Source: Candidatus Omnitrophota bacterium
GTDB lineage: Bacteria; Omnitrophota; Gorgyraeia; JABMRN01; RBG-13-46-9
Length of the DNA stretch: 64,000 nt
Reading direction: 5' to 3'
Assembly: GCA_043817155.1 (NCBI GenBank)
Contig: JBDRHE010000059.1
Location: 97-64,096 of the forward strand
A program made the translations under genes and the position numbers. Shown here piece by piece: positions 29,098 to 39,399 of this stretch (positions are counted from its first letter, which is position 1; every line of letters begins with the position of its first letter). The notes beneath the pieces are model-generated. The model did no database searches. It was not told where the DNA came from and saw nothing but the letters and a program-made list of their open reading frames with translations.

Positions 29098-30118
29098 ACT
29101 CTACACCAATCTTTCTGAATGCTTCATGTTCGATCGGTTTCAGCTCTATTCCAATCTTCCGTCTTCGTTCATATTCTTTTTTCTCCGGATCGCCCGCAAC
29201 CTGTACCGGTGTCCTATCATCAACAGCAGGTTCTCTTCTCAATTCATTCATCATCAGCGATAAGCGCTCCTTAAAAGCTTCTTTATCCTGAAAGCAGTCG
29301 ATCCTTATCGCGGAGATAAAATGACCGAGAAATCGCTTTTCACTCATGGGGGCCTCAAACATCATTGGAATATGTGGACCATGCGGCATACCGGTAAGCA
29401 AACTACACAGTATCTCAACCATCATACTGAGGCCATATCCCTTATAGCCGCCCATCGGCAAAAGCATGGTTATATCGTTCGGGTTCGTAGTCTCATTACC
29501 GTCCTTGTCCGCGCCTACACCTTCAGGTGCGACCTTCTTCTCATCCCTCAATTGCCTTATCTTGTTAAAAGTTACAACGCTTGTAGCCATATCCAAGCAG
29601 AATGGTTCTTCGCCCTTGCACGGAGCGGCAAAACATATTGGATTATTCCCAAGGAACGGCCTCTTGCCGTCATATGTCTTGATAAGAGCATCTGTATTAG
29701 TAAAACTCATGCCTATCATATCATGTTTTGCTATTTCTAACGCATAATACGACGCGGCTCCAAAATGACTGGAATTATAAATTGCGACATGCCCTGTTCC
29801 CGCCTTTGCAGCTAGTTCCACGGCTCTCTTTGCCGCTTCCATGCCTGCTGCATGACCGAATGTATGGTCGGCATCAAATGTTCCCGTGGACGCGGAAGTT
29901 TTTCTGAATCTGTATTGTGGATCCGGGTTAATGCGCCCGCCTTTAACTCCTTTAAGATAATGCGGCAAAAGCCTGACCCCGTGGGAGTCTACGCCTCTTA
30001 AGGAAGTCTGGGTAAGCCCCTCTGCGACATACAAAGCCACATCATCGCGAACACCGGCCTTCAATAGAACGCTTTTGATAAAATCTTTGAGATTGCCAGC
30101 CTGTATAGTGGCGCTCAT
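29081..30118 (-). CDS. Ldh_2-family oxidoreductase (ComC/AllD/type-2 malate-lactate dehydrogenase)
   Basis: RGVDSHG, SSHFGA, LGNNPI, LDMATS, GGYKGYGL. Confidence 0.93.
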   Translation of the reverse strand: MSATIQAGNLKDFIKSVLLKAGVRDDVALYVAEGLTQTSLRGVDSHGVRLLPHYLKGVKGGRINPDPQYRFRKTSASTGTFDADHTFGHAAGMEAAKRAVELAAKAGTGHVAIYNSSHFGAASYYALEIAKHDMIGMSFTNTDALIKTYDGKRPFLGNNPICFAAPCKGEEPFCLDMATSVVTFNKIRQLRDEKKVAPEGVGADKDGNETTNPNDITMLLPMGGYKGYGLSMMVEILCSLLTGMPHGPHIPMMFEAPMSEKRFLGHFISAIRIDCFQDKEAFKERLSLMMNELRREPAVDDRTPVQVAGDPEKKEYERRRKIGIELKPIEHEAFRKIGVEYGIEF

Positions 30119-30127
30119 ATTAATCTC

Positions 30128-31336
30128 CTACATGTGGACATTTACAGCCGGCAAATCCGCCTCTACCGAACTGACAGGTATCCACGCTCCTTCACTTTCA
30201 AGACTTTTGTTTACTGCTTCGAGAACAGCTGTCGGCACAAGAGACTCTTTAAACGTCGGTCTTTTACCTTCCAGCTCTTTGATCTTCAATATACCTTCTC
30301 CGATTGCCGCTACGTCACTTAGGAATTGATGAAAACTTTCGATTCCATAACCACGATAAGCAACACTGCCTTTTGCCCCGTATGGTGCGCAGAAATACGG
30401 GTTGGGATTTTCCACGCCCTTTTCATCAGTTACAATTGTAATGCCCCGGTTCTTCTGATCTGACTTAAAGCTACCTTTCGTTCCCACGGCGTCTATTTTC
30501 TGGTAGGACATGGCGGTTGTCTTTTCCGGATCTACCCAATTGGTTAGAATATATGATATGAACTTTTTGCCTGAAGGAACCTCCCACTCTATCGCGGCCT
30601 GAATAGAATCATGCGCATCTATTCCTTTCGAAAGAAGCCAACCTTTCTGGCCTGTTGCCATCGCACGTTTCGGACGGGCGCCTGTTACGAAATAAATAAT
30701 ATCCACATAATGTATTCCCAGATACTGAAAAATGTTTGTCGAGGTAACCCAGTTTTTAAATAGTTTGGATGGTACGCTCTTCCTCTGACTATATTCTACT
30801 ACGAAACGCAGCAGATCACCGAGCGATCCTTCTCTTATAACGTCCTTCAATTTTTGATTGGCGAGATCAAGACGTTTGTGAAATTCGACTGCGCAATAAA
30901 CCTTATTCTTCTTCTGAACATTGATAAGCTCCCTAACCTCCTTCAAGGTAGGCGCAAGGGGTTTTACTACAAGTGTATGCAAACCGTTTTCTATGGCATA
31001 ACGCGCTATCTCAGTATGTAAGTTATCCGGCACAACCACTATCGCGCAAGCCGGCTTTGGTATTTCACGAATAGCCTCTTTGTAGGATTCCTTGTTTTTT
31101 TTACCATTATGCGGAAAATACTTAATGGTCGCTTCGACACCCATATCGCGTTTCAGCTTACTGATCTTTTTTCTGCCCTCTTTGATACCTTCGGGATCTG
31201 TTCCGGCAATATACACATTTCCAAGCGTATTATTCTTTTCCCATTCGCAAATAGCCGGCATAACTGTTCCGAATCCATCCGTTCCTCTGCCTGTAACATA
31301 CGCTCCCGTTCCGATCACCACAATATTTAAAGACAT
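30128..31336 (-). CDS. Gfo/Idh/MocA family oxidoreductase
   Basis: VIGTG, VVPDNLH, VVKPL, EFHKR, YLGIHYVD. Start set at ATG 31336. Confidence 0.9.
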   Translation of the reverse strand: MSLNIVVIGTGAYVTGRGTDGFGTVMPAICEWEKNNTLGNVYIAGTDPEGIKEGRKKISKLKRDMGVEATIKYFPHNGKKNKESYKEAIREIPKPACAIVVVPDNLHTEIARYAIENGLHTLVVKPLAPTLKEVRELINVQKKNKVYCAVEFHKRLDLANQKLKDVIREGSLGDLLRFVVEYSQRKSVPSKLFKNWVTSTNIFQYLGIHYVDIIYFVTGARPKRAMATGQKGWLLSKGIDAHDSIQAAIEWEVPSGKKFISYILTNWVDPEKTTAMSYQKIDAVGTKGSFKSDQKNRGITIVTDEKGVENPNPYFCAPYGAKGSVAYRGYGIESFHQFLSDVAAIGEGILKIKELEGKRPTFKESLVPTAVLEAVNKSLESEGAWIPVSSVEADLPAVNVHM

Positions 31337-31353
31337 CGGTCCTCCCTTACATT

Positions 31354-32811
31354 TTAATCCGGCTTTAATACCCTGCGTAGCAGTTTGCATGCTCCGGAAT
31401 ACGTAAATCTTCTATAAAGTCGATGCACGTGATAGTTTGACCTGAATCTTGAGATCATCATCTTGGTCAATATTTTATATAAGGGTCTATGGCCTTTGTA
31501 AACATTATAATCGAACCACACAAAACCCTTTTGTATATCTTTTTTCGAGAACCCCGGAAGATCCAAAACAGCATGGCACCTTTCCAGCTTAGGATCGGGC
31601 TCTTTTTTTAATAGGCCTCTTTTGCGGCATATCGAATGCAGCTCGGTCCCGGGATACGGAAAGAAGATCGATGTAAAGATCTTATCCGGCAAACAATCCC
31701 TGCTGACCTTCAATGTCTCTTTAAAATCTGCCAGGGTCTCCCCGGGAATCCCTATCAGGGTATAAAAATTGATCTTGAGCCCGCACTTCCTTGCCAGCTT
31801 AGTCGCTCGCACGACATCCTGGTTCGAGTAGTCTCTTTTCAGGACCTGGCGGCGCACTCTTTCGCTTCCCGATTCAAGCCCGATATTCACGAACGTAAAA
31901 TTGGCTCTTTTAAATGCCCTAAAAAGGCTTTCCAGATCCATGTTTGGTGTAATTCTTAGGTTCACACCGAATGAAAGCGGCTCCTCCAGCGTCGCATTTA
32001 GCTTTTCGATTTTCGTGCATAGTTCGAGCGCCCATGCGTTACTGGTCCCGATCGTTTCAACTTCGAGATATATGTTTTTTTTATTCGGGAATCTGCCCGC
32101 AAAGTCCTTTAATTCCATGATAATCGCATCAGGGTTTCTAAATCTAACATAGCGCCCCTCTGTCAGTCTTCGCAGCGCGTGATTGCAGCAATATGGGCAA
32201 TCGAATGGGCACCCGCGACCAAGAAGCATCGGGTATCGCGCGCCTTTCTCTTCCTCTATCCACTCGGTCCACATTCCCCTGTCTGGAAAAGGCAGTTTGT
32301 CAATATCCTGAAAAAAAAGACGCGGTTGGTTTTTTTCCACCTGGTTCCCGTTCTTGATCCATAGATTCGGAATACCTGAAGGCGTGTTATTCTTTTCGAG
32401 CTGCGAAACCAGTTCAAGGGTCGGCTCTTCACCCTCCCCCACACATAACGCGTCAAAACTACCCGATAATACATTTTCGGGGTTAAGCGAAACGTGGTGA
32501 CCCCCTATTAAAAGGTAGATACGCGGGTACTTCGCCTTTGTATTATCGGCTATACGCGCGACAAAATCATATTCGGTACTGACGGCTGTAAAACATATTA
32601 AGCCCGGTCGAAATTCTTCTATACGTTTATCCAGAATAACCTCATTTCTTTTACCAAGGATCCTGCTTAAAACCACAAGCTGCGTTTCGTGACTATTTTT
32701 TTTAAGAACCGAAGATATATAGGAAATACCGAATTGCATCTGTTCGGGTGTCCTAAGCGGTCTTCCGGGAGAAAATATATCATCTACCGAGTAAACAAAC
32801 AGAATCTTCAC
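31354..32811 (-). CDS. Cobalamin-binding-domain radical SAM protein
   Basis: GISYISSVL, IGGHH, VGEGE, GRGCPFDCPYC, IGLESGS, PYPGT. GTG start overlaps the upstream TGA. Confidence 0.93.
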   Translation of the reverse strand: MKILFVYSVDDIFSPGRPLRTPEQMQFGISYISSVLKKNSHETQLVVLSRILGKRNEVILDKRIEEFRPGLICFTAVSTEYDFVARIADNTKAKYPRIYLLIGGHHVSLNPENVLSGSFDALCVGEGEEPTLELVSQLEKNNTPSGIPNLWIKNGNQVEKNQPRLFFQDIDKLPFPDRGMWTEWIEEEKGARYPMLLGRGCPFDCPYCCNHALRRLTEGRYVRFRNPDAIIMELKDFAGRFPNKKNIYLEVETIGTSNAWALELCTKIEKLNATLEEPLSFGVNLRITPNMDLESLFRAFKRANFTFVNIGLESGSERVRRQVLKRDYSNQDVVRATKLARKCGLKINFYTLIGIPGETLADFKETLKVSRDCLPDKIFTSIFFPYPGTELHSICRKRGLLKKEPDPKLERCHAVLDLPGFSKKDIQKGFVWFDYNVYKGHRPLYKILTKMMISRFRSNYHVHRLYRRFTYSGACKLLRRVLKPD

Positions 32812-34841
32812 GTCCGCCGTCCTCCGAATGATAAGGACCCTTCGATAATGGTATCGATGCCCCACCCTTTTTCATACTGTTCGTTCGCATAACGTACAGC
32901 CTCAAAATTCGATGAACCATCGTTAAACATCTTCAAAAGATCTCCTATATATCCCCGCATTCTCCCGGTAGTATTTCCGTCGGCAAACGGGTCAATATTA
33001 GAACCTGAAATCGGCTTCAACTCATCGGAATATCCTTTTCTGCGACTCTCCTCGATCGCGTTCTTTACACCCTCGCGTATCTCGGCTGACTTGGAGATAA
33101 CATTCATATTGCAAAGCCCAAGAGAATAATTCTTGGAGGTACCGTGTATATCATAGTAAACAAAAAACCTTCCCAGGATGGCGGCTAAAGAAGGTATCGT
33201 CATCGAGGCGCTAAAGACCGTATCTGCGGCCAGACAGGGATATAGGGCCGATTTTTCATAAAGAACAAGGGCGCGTTTTCGCTCGCAGAAATCTCTAACC
33301 CTCTCCTTGATAATGAGTTGACTGTTTATGCTCTCCGGTCGTTTTGCCTTTATGACAAGAAAATTCGAAGAATCGCTCTCCAGCCATTTAAATAACTCTT
33401 GATAAATATCCCGAAGGTTGCCGGGCGCAATATCCGAGTCTTCCGCGGCCACATTGTCAACGAAAGCAAGAATATTCTTTTTCGGATCATCATTCAATAT
33501 GGAAGAGCGCAGCTTCTTCGCTCTTTCGAATTCCCGGGCAAACGATATATCTGCCGGAAAGCCGGTTACGACAAAAAATATACACTGGTCATGGTTATCC
33601 ATTCGCATACGCGTCAGCCTTTCACCCCAGGTAAAGAAGATATCGTGTTGGTTCTGCTGGATATCCCATTCGGGCAGGTTGCTTTGCGACCATGAAGTAC
33701 CTAGACTTACGCCCCCTGACCGGTTAAGGGCAATGGTCGCAAACTGTGTCTTTGCGTCATCGGCATTCATCGTCCAGAGCACTTTTGTCCCCTTGATCCG
33801 AAAGAGGGCTTCGAAAAAGCTCACATAGCTTAAGATGTTCATTAAATACTTTGACATCCAGCGATGGATCCCCCCGGGCCTCATCAGCCCACGATAAATC
33901 CATACATTCCTCGCAAAGTAGTTTATGAAATACGCCCAGGCCAGCATGATCTCCCGGCACTTACTGCCGTAAAAAGGGTTGAAACTGTACTCCAGGGCGC
34001 AGTCTGAACGTTCCGCGTAAAAAACCTTAGCCGCCTTAGGTAAACTGGGAAGATAAAGCGAAAGGGTCTGGTCCCTTAAGTAGCACGCTTCTTTAGCGCC
34101 CCATGGAAGACAATTGCATAATTCTGTCGCATAGCGGTTAAAGACCAATGCGCATATCCTTTGTCTCTTCACCGTTTTCCCCGCGCGTAAGAAGAAGGAG
34201 GCTATCTTGCATATAATCGAATTAAGAATAAGCATGGTAATCCTGGCTAATTCACGTATATGTGAACATTTCTCTCTCAACATCGCCTTATCCGCATAGA
34301 AGTTCTTGCGAGGCAAGAGCCTTCCCTTTCCAAATGACCTATAAAAAAACGGCTTCAGACTACGTTCCTTATAAAGATCCAGGACGATATCCCGGAACAA
34401 CGTATTTTTTAATAAAACGGCTTCTATTTCGCCTACGTGTAAAAAAGTAGACGTAATTGCTGTGGCAAACTGTATTGGAAAGTAGAGCTCCCTACCTCCA
34501 TATTTACCAAAGATCGCGGATAATCTTGCGCGTTCATACCCTGTAACACCGTGGAAGGTCCTTAATATATTAGAAAAAAAACTATCCCTGATACGCTTAA
34601 TACCGTTCATCATCAATTTCTGAAATTCCGCGTAAGACTGGACCCTGTCCCCAAAAGAACGCCTGTATTCGATCTGCTCAAAGGACCAGCCCAGCATGTT
34701 CAGTAATTTCATAACGAAACGAATTAAAAATGCTCTGTTTTCATGAAAGTAATATATTCTGCGAACGGGGCGAAACTTTGTAAGCGCCGCAATAAGGCTA
34801 AACATGTTGATCGCGTCAATTATTAGTACGGGCCCGGTCAT
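32808..34841 (-). CDS. Large uncharacterised polysaccharide-locus protein (GT-B-like)
   Basis: 677 aa; FFTWG, VVTGFP, LAFVDN, LVIKAKR, IDPFADG..RMRGYI..YEKGWG. Paralog of 39380-41334. Confidence 0.55.
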   Translation of the reverse strand: MTGPVLIIDAINMFSLIAALTKFRPVRRIYYFHENRAFLIRFVMKLLNMLGWSFEQIEYRRSFGDRVQSYAEFQKLMMNGIKRIRDSFFSNILRTFHGVTGYERARLSAIFGKYGGRELYFPIQFATAITSTFLHVGEIEAVLLKNTLFRDIVLDLYKERSLKPFFYRSFGKGRLLPRKNFYADKAMLREKCSHIRELARITMLILNSIICKIASFFLRAGKTVKRQRICALVFNRYATELCNCLPWGAKEACYLRDQTLSLYLPSLPKAAKVFYAERSDCALEYSFNPFYGSKCREIMLAWAYFINYFARNVWIYRGLMRPGGIHRWMSKYLMNILSYVSFFEALFRIKGTKVLWTMNADDAKTQFATIALNRSGGVSLGTSWSQSNLPEWDIQQNQHDIFFTWGERLTRMRMDNHDQCIFFVVTGFPADISFAREFERAKKLRSSILNDDPKKNILAFVDNVAAEDSDIAPGNLRDIYQELFKWLESDSSNFLVIKAKRPESINSQLIIKERVRDFCERKRALVLYEKSALYPCLAADTVFSASMTIPSLAAILGRFFVYYDIHGTSKNYSLGLCNMNVISKSAEIREGVKNAIEESRRKGYSDELKPISGSNIDPFADGNTTGRMRGYIGDLLKMFNDGSSNFEAVRYANEQYEKGWGIDTIIEGSLSFGGRRT

Positions 34842-34853
34842 TCTCTTACCCTT

Positions 34854-35819
34854 TTATGATAGTCTGTGATTCGCGGTACAGGTGTTACATATTAAATCGG
34901 AAAAATCCAGCTTCTTATGCCTCGCTCTCAGAAGGCTCAGTTTCTCGCAGTGCCACAATTCCATAAGGCTACTGTCGTATACGTTTCCTATTTTTAGCGA
35001 ACCGTTATAATCGTTACAGCAGACCGTTACCTCCCCGTTCCAAAAGACAGACAGCCTTTGCCACATCTCGGAGCACGGCTTCTTTGGGAAAGAGCTGTAA
35101 TCGACCATAGATTCGGCCAGGATCTTCCTGTCACCGCTGGCGGCATTTACGTTAGTCACTGAAATAAAATCTACTTTATCTTTAAATCTATTGACAAAAG
35201 CCGGGATATATTTTGAGTTACTCTTCATCATCATAAACTGCAAAGTGAGAAGCGGTTTATGCCCTATGGGCTTAAGGGCAATAAAATCTTCCACGCTCTT
35301 CATGGTCGCCTCGAATTCTGCGCCCTTTCGCGTACGCTCATATGCCTCCCTCATGCCGCCTTCTATGGAAAAGGTGATTCTATCGAGCCCCGATGTAAGC
35401 AGCCTTTGGGCATTTCTACCCGTTAAAAGGGTTGCATTGGAATTAAACTGTGTATAGATATTCTGTCGTTTCGCGTAATCCACCATTTTGAATAAATCCC
35501 TGTGCAAAAAAGATTCGCCCCAGAGATTCAGTTTAACGGAACATACGCCAAGCTCGGCGCACTGGTCTATTATCCTTTTAAAAAGCGCATAGTCCATAAA
35601 ACCCACGCTGCGTGTCATCATGTTACGTTCGCACATGGGGCACTTAAGATTACAGGCATTTGTAAGTTCGATGTCAACCTGAAGAGGGGCATTGCTTTCG
35701 CAAAGGGAACTGCCGTAGTCTTCCCAGTCCTTCCTGAATCGCTTATAACGTTCGTCCTCCGGGAAAGCGTTTGCGCAGATCACCTGGAAACATCTATTAT
35801 ACTTTTTTCCGTCCGCCAT
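34854..35819 (-). CDS. Radical SAM/SPASM(twitch) protein
   Basis: CNLKCPMC, WGESFLH, CSEMWQR..VCCND, CNTC. Start uncertain. Confidence 0.92.
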   Translation of the reverse strand: MADGKKYNRCFQVICANAFPEDERYKRFRKDWEDYGSSLCESNAPLQVDIELTNACNLKCPMCERNMMTRSVGFMDYALFKRIIDQCAELGVCSVKLNLWGESFLHRDLFKMVDYAKRQNIYTQFNSNATLLTGRNAQRLLTSGLDRITFSIEGGMREAYERTRKGAEFEATMKSVEDFIALKPIGHKPLLTLQFMMMKSNSKYIPAFVNRFKDKVDFISVTNVNAASGDRKILAESMVDYSSFPKKPCSEMWQRLSVFWNGEVTVCCNDYNGSLKIGNVYDSSLMELWHCEKLSLLRARHKKLDFSDLICNTCTANHRLS

Positions 35820-37668
35820 ATGCTTCTTTCCCTGTGTTCCCATTCTTGACAATCAAATTGTCGTTCAAAATAAGTCCGTCCAGATCTGTTTTGAGAAATA
35901 CTCCCGTAGCATCCTCGGCCGTACGCACAATCGGGTATCCGTGAAGATTAAAACTCGTATTTACGAGCGCGTAGACACCGGTAATTTTTCCAAATTCAAA
36001 TATGAGATCATAATAGAGCGGGTTCTCCCGGCGTGACAATATCTGAGGCCGTACCGTATTGTCGTAAGGATGCTTGGCGGCCTGCAAAGCTCTCATGCCA
36101 AGAGCGCTTGTAGGGAACGCAACCGTCATATAAGGAGAAGGGATGATCTTATTGGACTTTTCTATATATCGGCCCTCATATCCCTTCAATATCACAGGCG
36201 CAAAAGGCATCCAGAAATCCCTGAACTTGATCTTGTCGTTGATCTTCTTTACGTTGTTAAAACACGCCGGATTCGCCAGGATAGACCTGTTGCCGAGAGC
36301 TCTGGATCCGAACTCCATCCCGTAAGTAGCCCGGGCTATAACCATATCTTTTTTCAAAAATGACGCTATTCTCTTAGCGGAGACTTTTGGATAGACAGTG
36401 TAACGACGCGGATCCCGGAAGTGCCTGCTTATCGCATCCTGACACTCTCTCTCGGTAATCTCATATCCCAGATATATCGTGGGGAAGATATCTTTTTTCC
36501 TATCGAAACGACCGTCGTATCTCGAAGCTGTGTGCAAACAGGCGCCTATGCTTGTGGATTCGTCCCCCGGCGAAGGCGAGACGTAGAAATTTTTCACTTC
36601 CTCGGTCCTTCCTATCTCCATATTTGTCTTAACATTCATTGCCGCTCCCCCGCCATAGAAAAGAGAATCCCTCCCGTATTTTCGCAAGATACGCTTTACC
36701 ATAGTGGTAACAAAGGATTCAAAATATAGCTGTATACCGGCCGCTACCTCATCAAATCTGTATCTTTCGAGGATGTCCCTGAAATGAAAATAGCAGTCCC
36801 TCGGCCTGGAATTCGATCTCAATTTCAGATTACGGTCTATCCACAGGGCCTCTTTATATACTTTAAAGACCTCTTCTTTGGCCTTGTCATTTTTGCAGTA
36901 AGGCGCAAGTCCCATAACCTTATACTCGTGTTCCAGCGGCTTCATCCCCAAAAGAAGCGTACAGTATTTATAAAAACGCGCAATATTCAACGAAGAATAA
37001 TGACGCAGGCACTTTATATCATTGCCGGTCCCTATTTCACCGATCATGCAATTCCTGCCGTCACCAAAGGCATCCAGCGTAAGAATAAGATTTTTACTGC
37101 CGCGGTTTCGTATACGCGCAGGCGCCGCCCAGTACGCGTACGCCGCGTGCGCCATATGATGATCGCAGAAAAGGATATTTGCGTGGTATCCAAAATGCGT
37201 ACAGAACTGTTCTTTACGCAACGATTGGTAGAAAGGAACCACATTCCTGTTTCCCCGGGAAGAATCTCTGGCATTTGCGATCTTATAATGTTTTTTACTG
37301 TATCTTTTCAAAATTTTGTCGGTCAAATTTTTTTCTATGCGCTTGGCGAAAAAGTTGCTTTTCCTTCCACCGTACAACACGGGACGCCAATACTTATACT
37401 GCTCCTCTATGTAATCATTCACGGTAAACCTGTGGGTGAAGGAATTGATCCAGAACGGATCGTGATTCACGGTAGAAAAAACGACGTAATCCAGATCTCT
37501 GACTTTTATATCCATACTTTGAAGACAATGCTCTATCGCCCTTTTCGGAAACCCCGACTGGTTTTTCTCTCTGGTAAACCTTTCCTCCTGCGCGGCATAG
37601 ACTATGCGGGAATCCCTGTAAAGGCAGCAGGAGGCATTGTGGTCATCGTATATACCGAGAATTATCAT
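35797..37668 (-). CDS. O-carbamoyltransferase (NodU/CmcH/TobZ family)
   Basis: HNASC, QEERFTR.K, DHHMAHA, EYKVMGLA, EFGSRALGNRSI, FWMPFAP, NTSFNLHG. Confidence 0.95.
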   Translation of the reverse strand: MIILGIYDDHNASCCLYRDSRIVYAAQEERFTREKNQSGFPKRAIEHCLQSMDIKVRDLDYVVFSTVNHDPFWINSFTHRFTVNDYIEEQYKYWRPVLYGGRKSNFFAKRIEKNLTDKILKRYSKKHYKIANARDSSRGNRNVVPFYQSLRKEQFCTHFGYHANILFCDHHMAHAAYAYWAAPARIRNRGSKNLILTLDAFGDGRNCMIGEIGTGNDIKCLRHYSSLNIARFYKYCTLLLGMKPLEHEYKVMGLAPYCKNDKAKEEVFKVYKEALWIDRNLKLRSNSRPRDCYFHFRDILERYRFDEVAAGIQLYFESFVTTMVKRILRKYGRDSLFYGGGAAMNVKTNMEIGRTEEVKNFYVSPSPGDESTSIGACLHTASRYDGRFDRKKDIFPTIYLGYEITERECQDAISRHFRDPRRYTVYPKVSAKRIASFLKKDMVIARATYGMEFGSRALGNRSILANPACFNNVKKINDKIKFRDFWMPFAPVILKGYEGRYIEKSNKIIPSPYMTVAFPTSALGMRALQAAKHPYDNTVRPQILSRRENPLYYDLIFEFGKITGVYALVNTSFNLHGYPIVRTAEDATGVFLKTDLDGLILNDNLIVKNGNTGKEAYGGRKKV

Positions 37669-38303
37669 CTCTTAACCGCGCCCCTTTCAGTCCTTAAGTT
37701 TTTACGCCTTACCATTTTGGCTTTTTTGAAATCTGACGCTGTGTCGATGTCCACAGAAACTTCGTTATCCATAGCGTAATACGCGATCTTTTTCAGGTTA
37801 AATGTTTTTTTCTCTAGCAACTTATCCGATTTTATGATATAGATGGCGCCGTTCGGAGCGTAAGCAAGGCGCCTGTCGGACTTTGCAACACTTATTAAAG
37901 AGTCCACCTTCTTCTTAAAAAAAAGTTTTAGGGCGCGGTCGATATCCGTTGCCGCTCTGAGAGGCGAAGTAGGCTGTAAGAGAATAACTGCGTCGAAATT
38001 CTGCATCTTTTTCCTGAAACGATCTGCCACGTACGCCGCGACCTCTGTGGCGCTTACCGAATCGCCGCAGAGTCTCTTAGGTCGCATAAAAGGCACTGAA
38101 GCCCCGTATCTTTTCGCGATAGCAGAAATTCTCTTACAATCCGTACTAACTACCACTCTATCGAGAAATTTACTCTTTTTCGCCTCCAGGATAGTCCATA
38201 TTACAAGCGGTTTCCCGAAAAAAAGTTTTAGATTCTTTTTCGGCAAGCGCCTGCTTCTACCCTTAGCGGGAATAACGCCCAGTATTGAATTGTTTTTATA
38301 CAC
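37665..38303 (-). CDS. Acylneuraminate cytidylyltransferase (NeuA/PtmB/LegF-like, short)
   Basis: VIPAKGRSRRLPKKN, VSTD, PFMRP, LQPTSPLR, PNGAIY, DIDT..DF. Confidence 0.92.
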   Translation of the reverse strand: MYKNNSILGVIPAKGRSRRLPKKNLKLFFGKPLVIWTILEAKKSKFLDRVVVSTDCKRISAIAKRYGASVPFMRPKRLCGDSVSATEVAAYVADRFRKKMQNFDAVILLQPTSPLRAATDIDRALKLFFKKKVDSLISVAKSDRRLAYAPNGAIYIIKSDKLLEKKTFNLKKIAYYAMDNEVSVDIDTASDFKKAKMVRRKNLRTERGAVKR

Positions 38304-38334
38304 CTTTTACACCCTATAATATTGAGCCGGGTAA

Positions 38335-39399
38335 TTACATCAGCTTCTCTGTATGCTTCTTATATTCTTCCCATTGCCCTATATCGGAATAAGACTTCTG
38401 TGTCACGGGATAAACGCCGACATTCTCCTTCTCTGCCAGTAGAAGCTGTATTAATTCCGTCATGTCAAAATGTCTATCTTCCGGTATATACGAGAGAACT
38501 TCCCTGGACACCAAATACACACCTGTGTTGACGGTAAAGTCCAATTCCGGTTTTTCACGTATCTCCAGCATCCTGCCGTCTTTTTCAAAATTGACAATGC
38601 CATATGGAATTCTGTGGTGCTGAAGCGAGCCGACAACGGTCAGCATATTGCGCCTCTGGTGATGAAAGCGTAAAAGATCAACGTAATCTGCCTCAACAAT
38701 GATATCGCAATTGGAAACAATGAACGTATCTCCCACGGAAGCCGGTAATAGCCTGAGGCTTCCGGCGGTCCCCAGGAACTTCTTTTCCCAAATGTAGTGA
38801 ATTTTATAATTCTTTTCGATGCTATTGAAGTAGGTCTTTATCATCTCGCCTTTATAGTTCAGGGTGACATAAAAGTCCTTTATACCAAACCTGCCGAACC
38901 TATCCATTATCACCTCTATTACCGGCGTCTCCCCTATGGGTATGAGGGGTTTGGGAAGTATCCTTGTAAACGGACCAAGCCTCTCACCGATTCCGCCGGC
39001 CATTATGACAACGGGTACTTCTACATCTCCGTAAGCCATATTTTTGTCCCTGAATACGTCACTCCAGCACAAAATGTCCACAACCTTTCTTTCGCTCCCG
39101 GTAACTACCGGAACCACCTCAACCATATTTTCCGCCATTAGTTTTTTCACACCGAAGATACTGTATTTTTTTTGGGTGACGAAAACCGGCTTCCTGTTGA
39201 AACAATCGGTGATCCGGTCTTCGAAAGCTGCATTCTTTAACAACTTTCTTCTTATGTCCCCGTCCGAAAGGGATCCTATTAATGAACCGCCTTTGTTGCA
39301 TACAAAAAGAACTTTAAGCCCTGCTTCGTCGATTTTCTTCAGAGCCTCTTTTATGGTCGCTTTAGATGAGATCGATATCTTACTTATTATTTTTTTCAT
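38335..39399 (-). CDS. CBS-domain sugar-phosphate nucleotidyltransferase (PtmE-like)
   Basis: N-terminal CBS pair (LSDGDIRR), MAGGIGERL..PKPL, LGTAG, SNCD, DIGQ. Confidence 0.92.
   Translation of the reverse strand: MKKIISKISISSKATIKEALKKIDEAGLKVLFVCNKGGSLIGSLSDGDIRRKLLKNAAFEDRITDCFNRKPVFVTQKKYSIFGVKKLMAENMVEVVPVVTGSERKVVDILCWSDVFRDKNMAYGDVEVPVVIMAGGIGERLGPFTRILPKPLIPIGETPVIEVIMDRFGRFGIKDFYVTLNYKGEMIKTYFNSIEKNYKIHYIWEKKFLGTAGSLRLLPASVGDTFIVSNCDIIVEADYVDLLRFHHQRRNMLTVVGSLQHHRIPYGIVNFEKDGRMLEIREKPELDFTVNTGVYLVSREVLSYIPEDRHFDMTELIQLLLAEKENVGVYPVTQKSYSDIGQWEEYKKHTEKLM

Noticed and set aside
36784-37779. 331-aa plus-strand ORF, and the many other plus-strand ORFs in the track
   Set aside because: They lie antisense to well-supported genes (here the carbamoyltransferase) and have no domain features; shadow ORFs.
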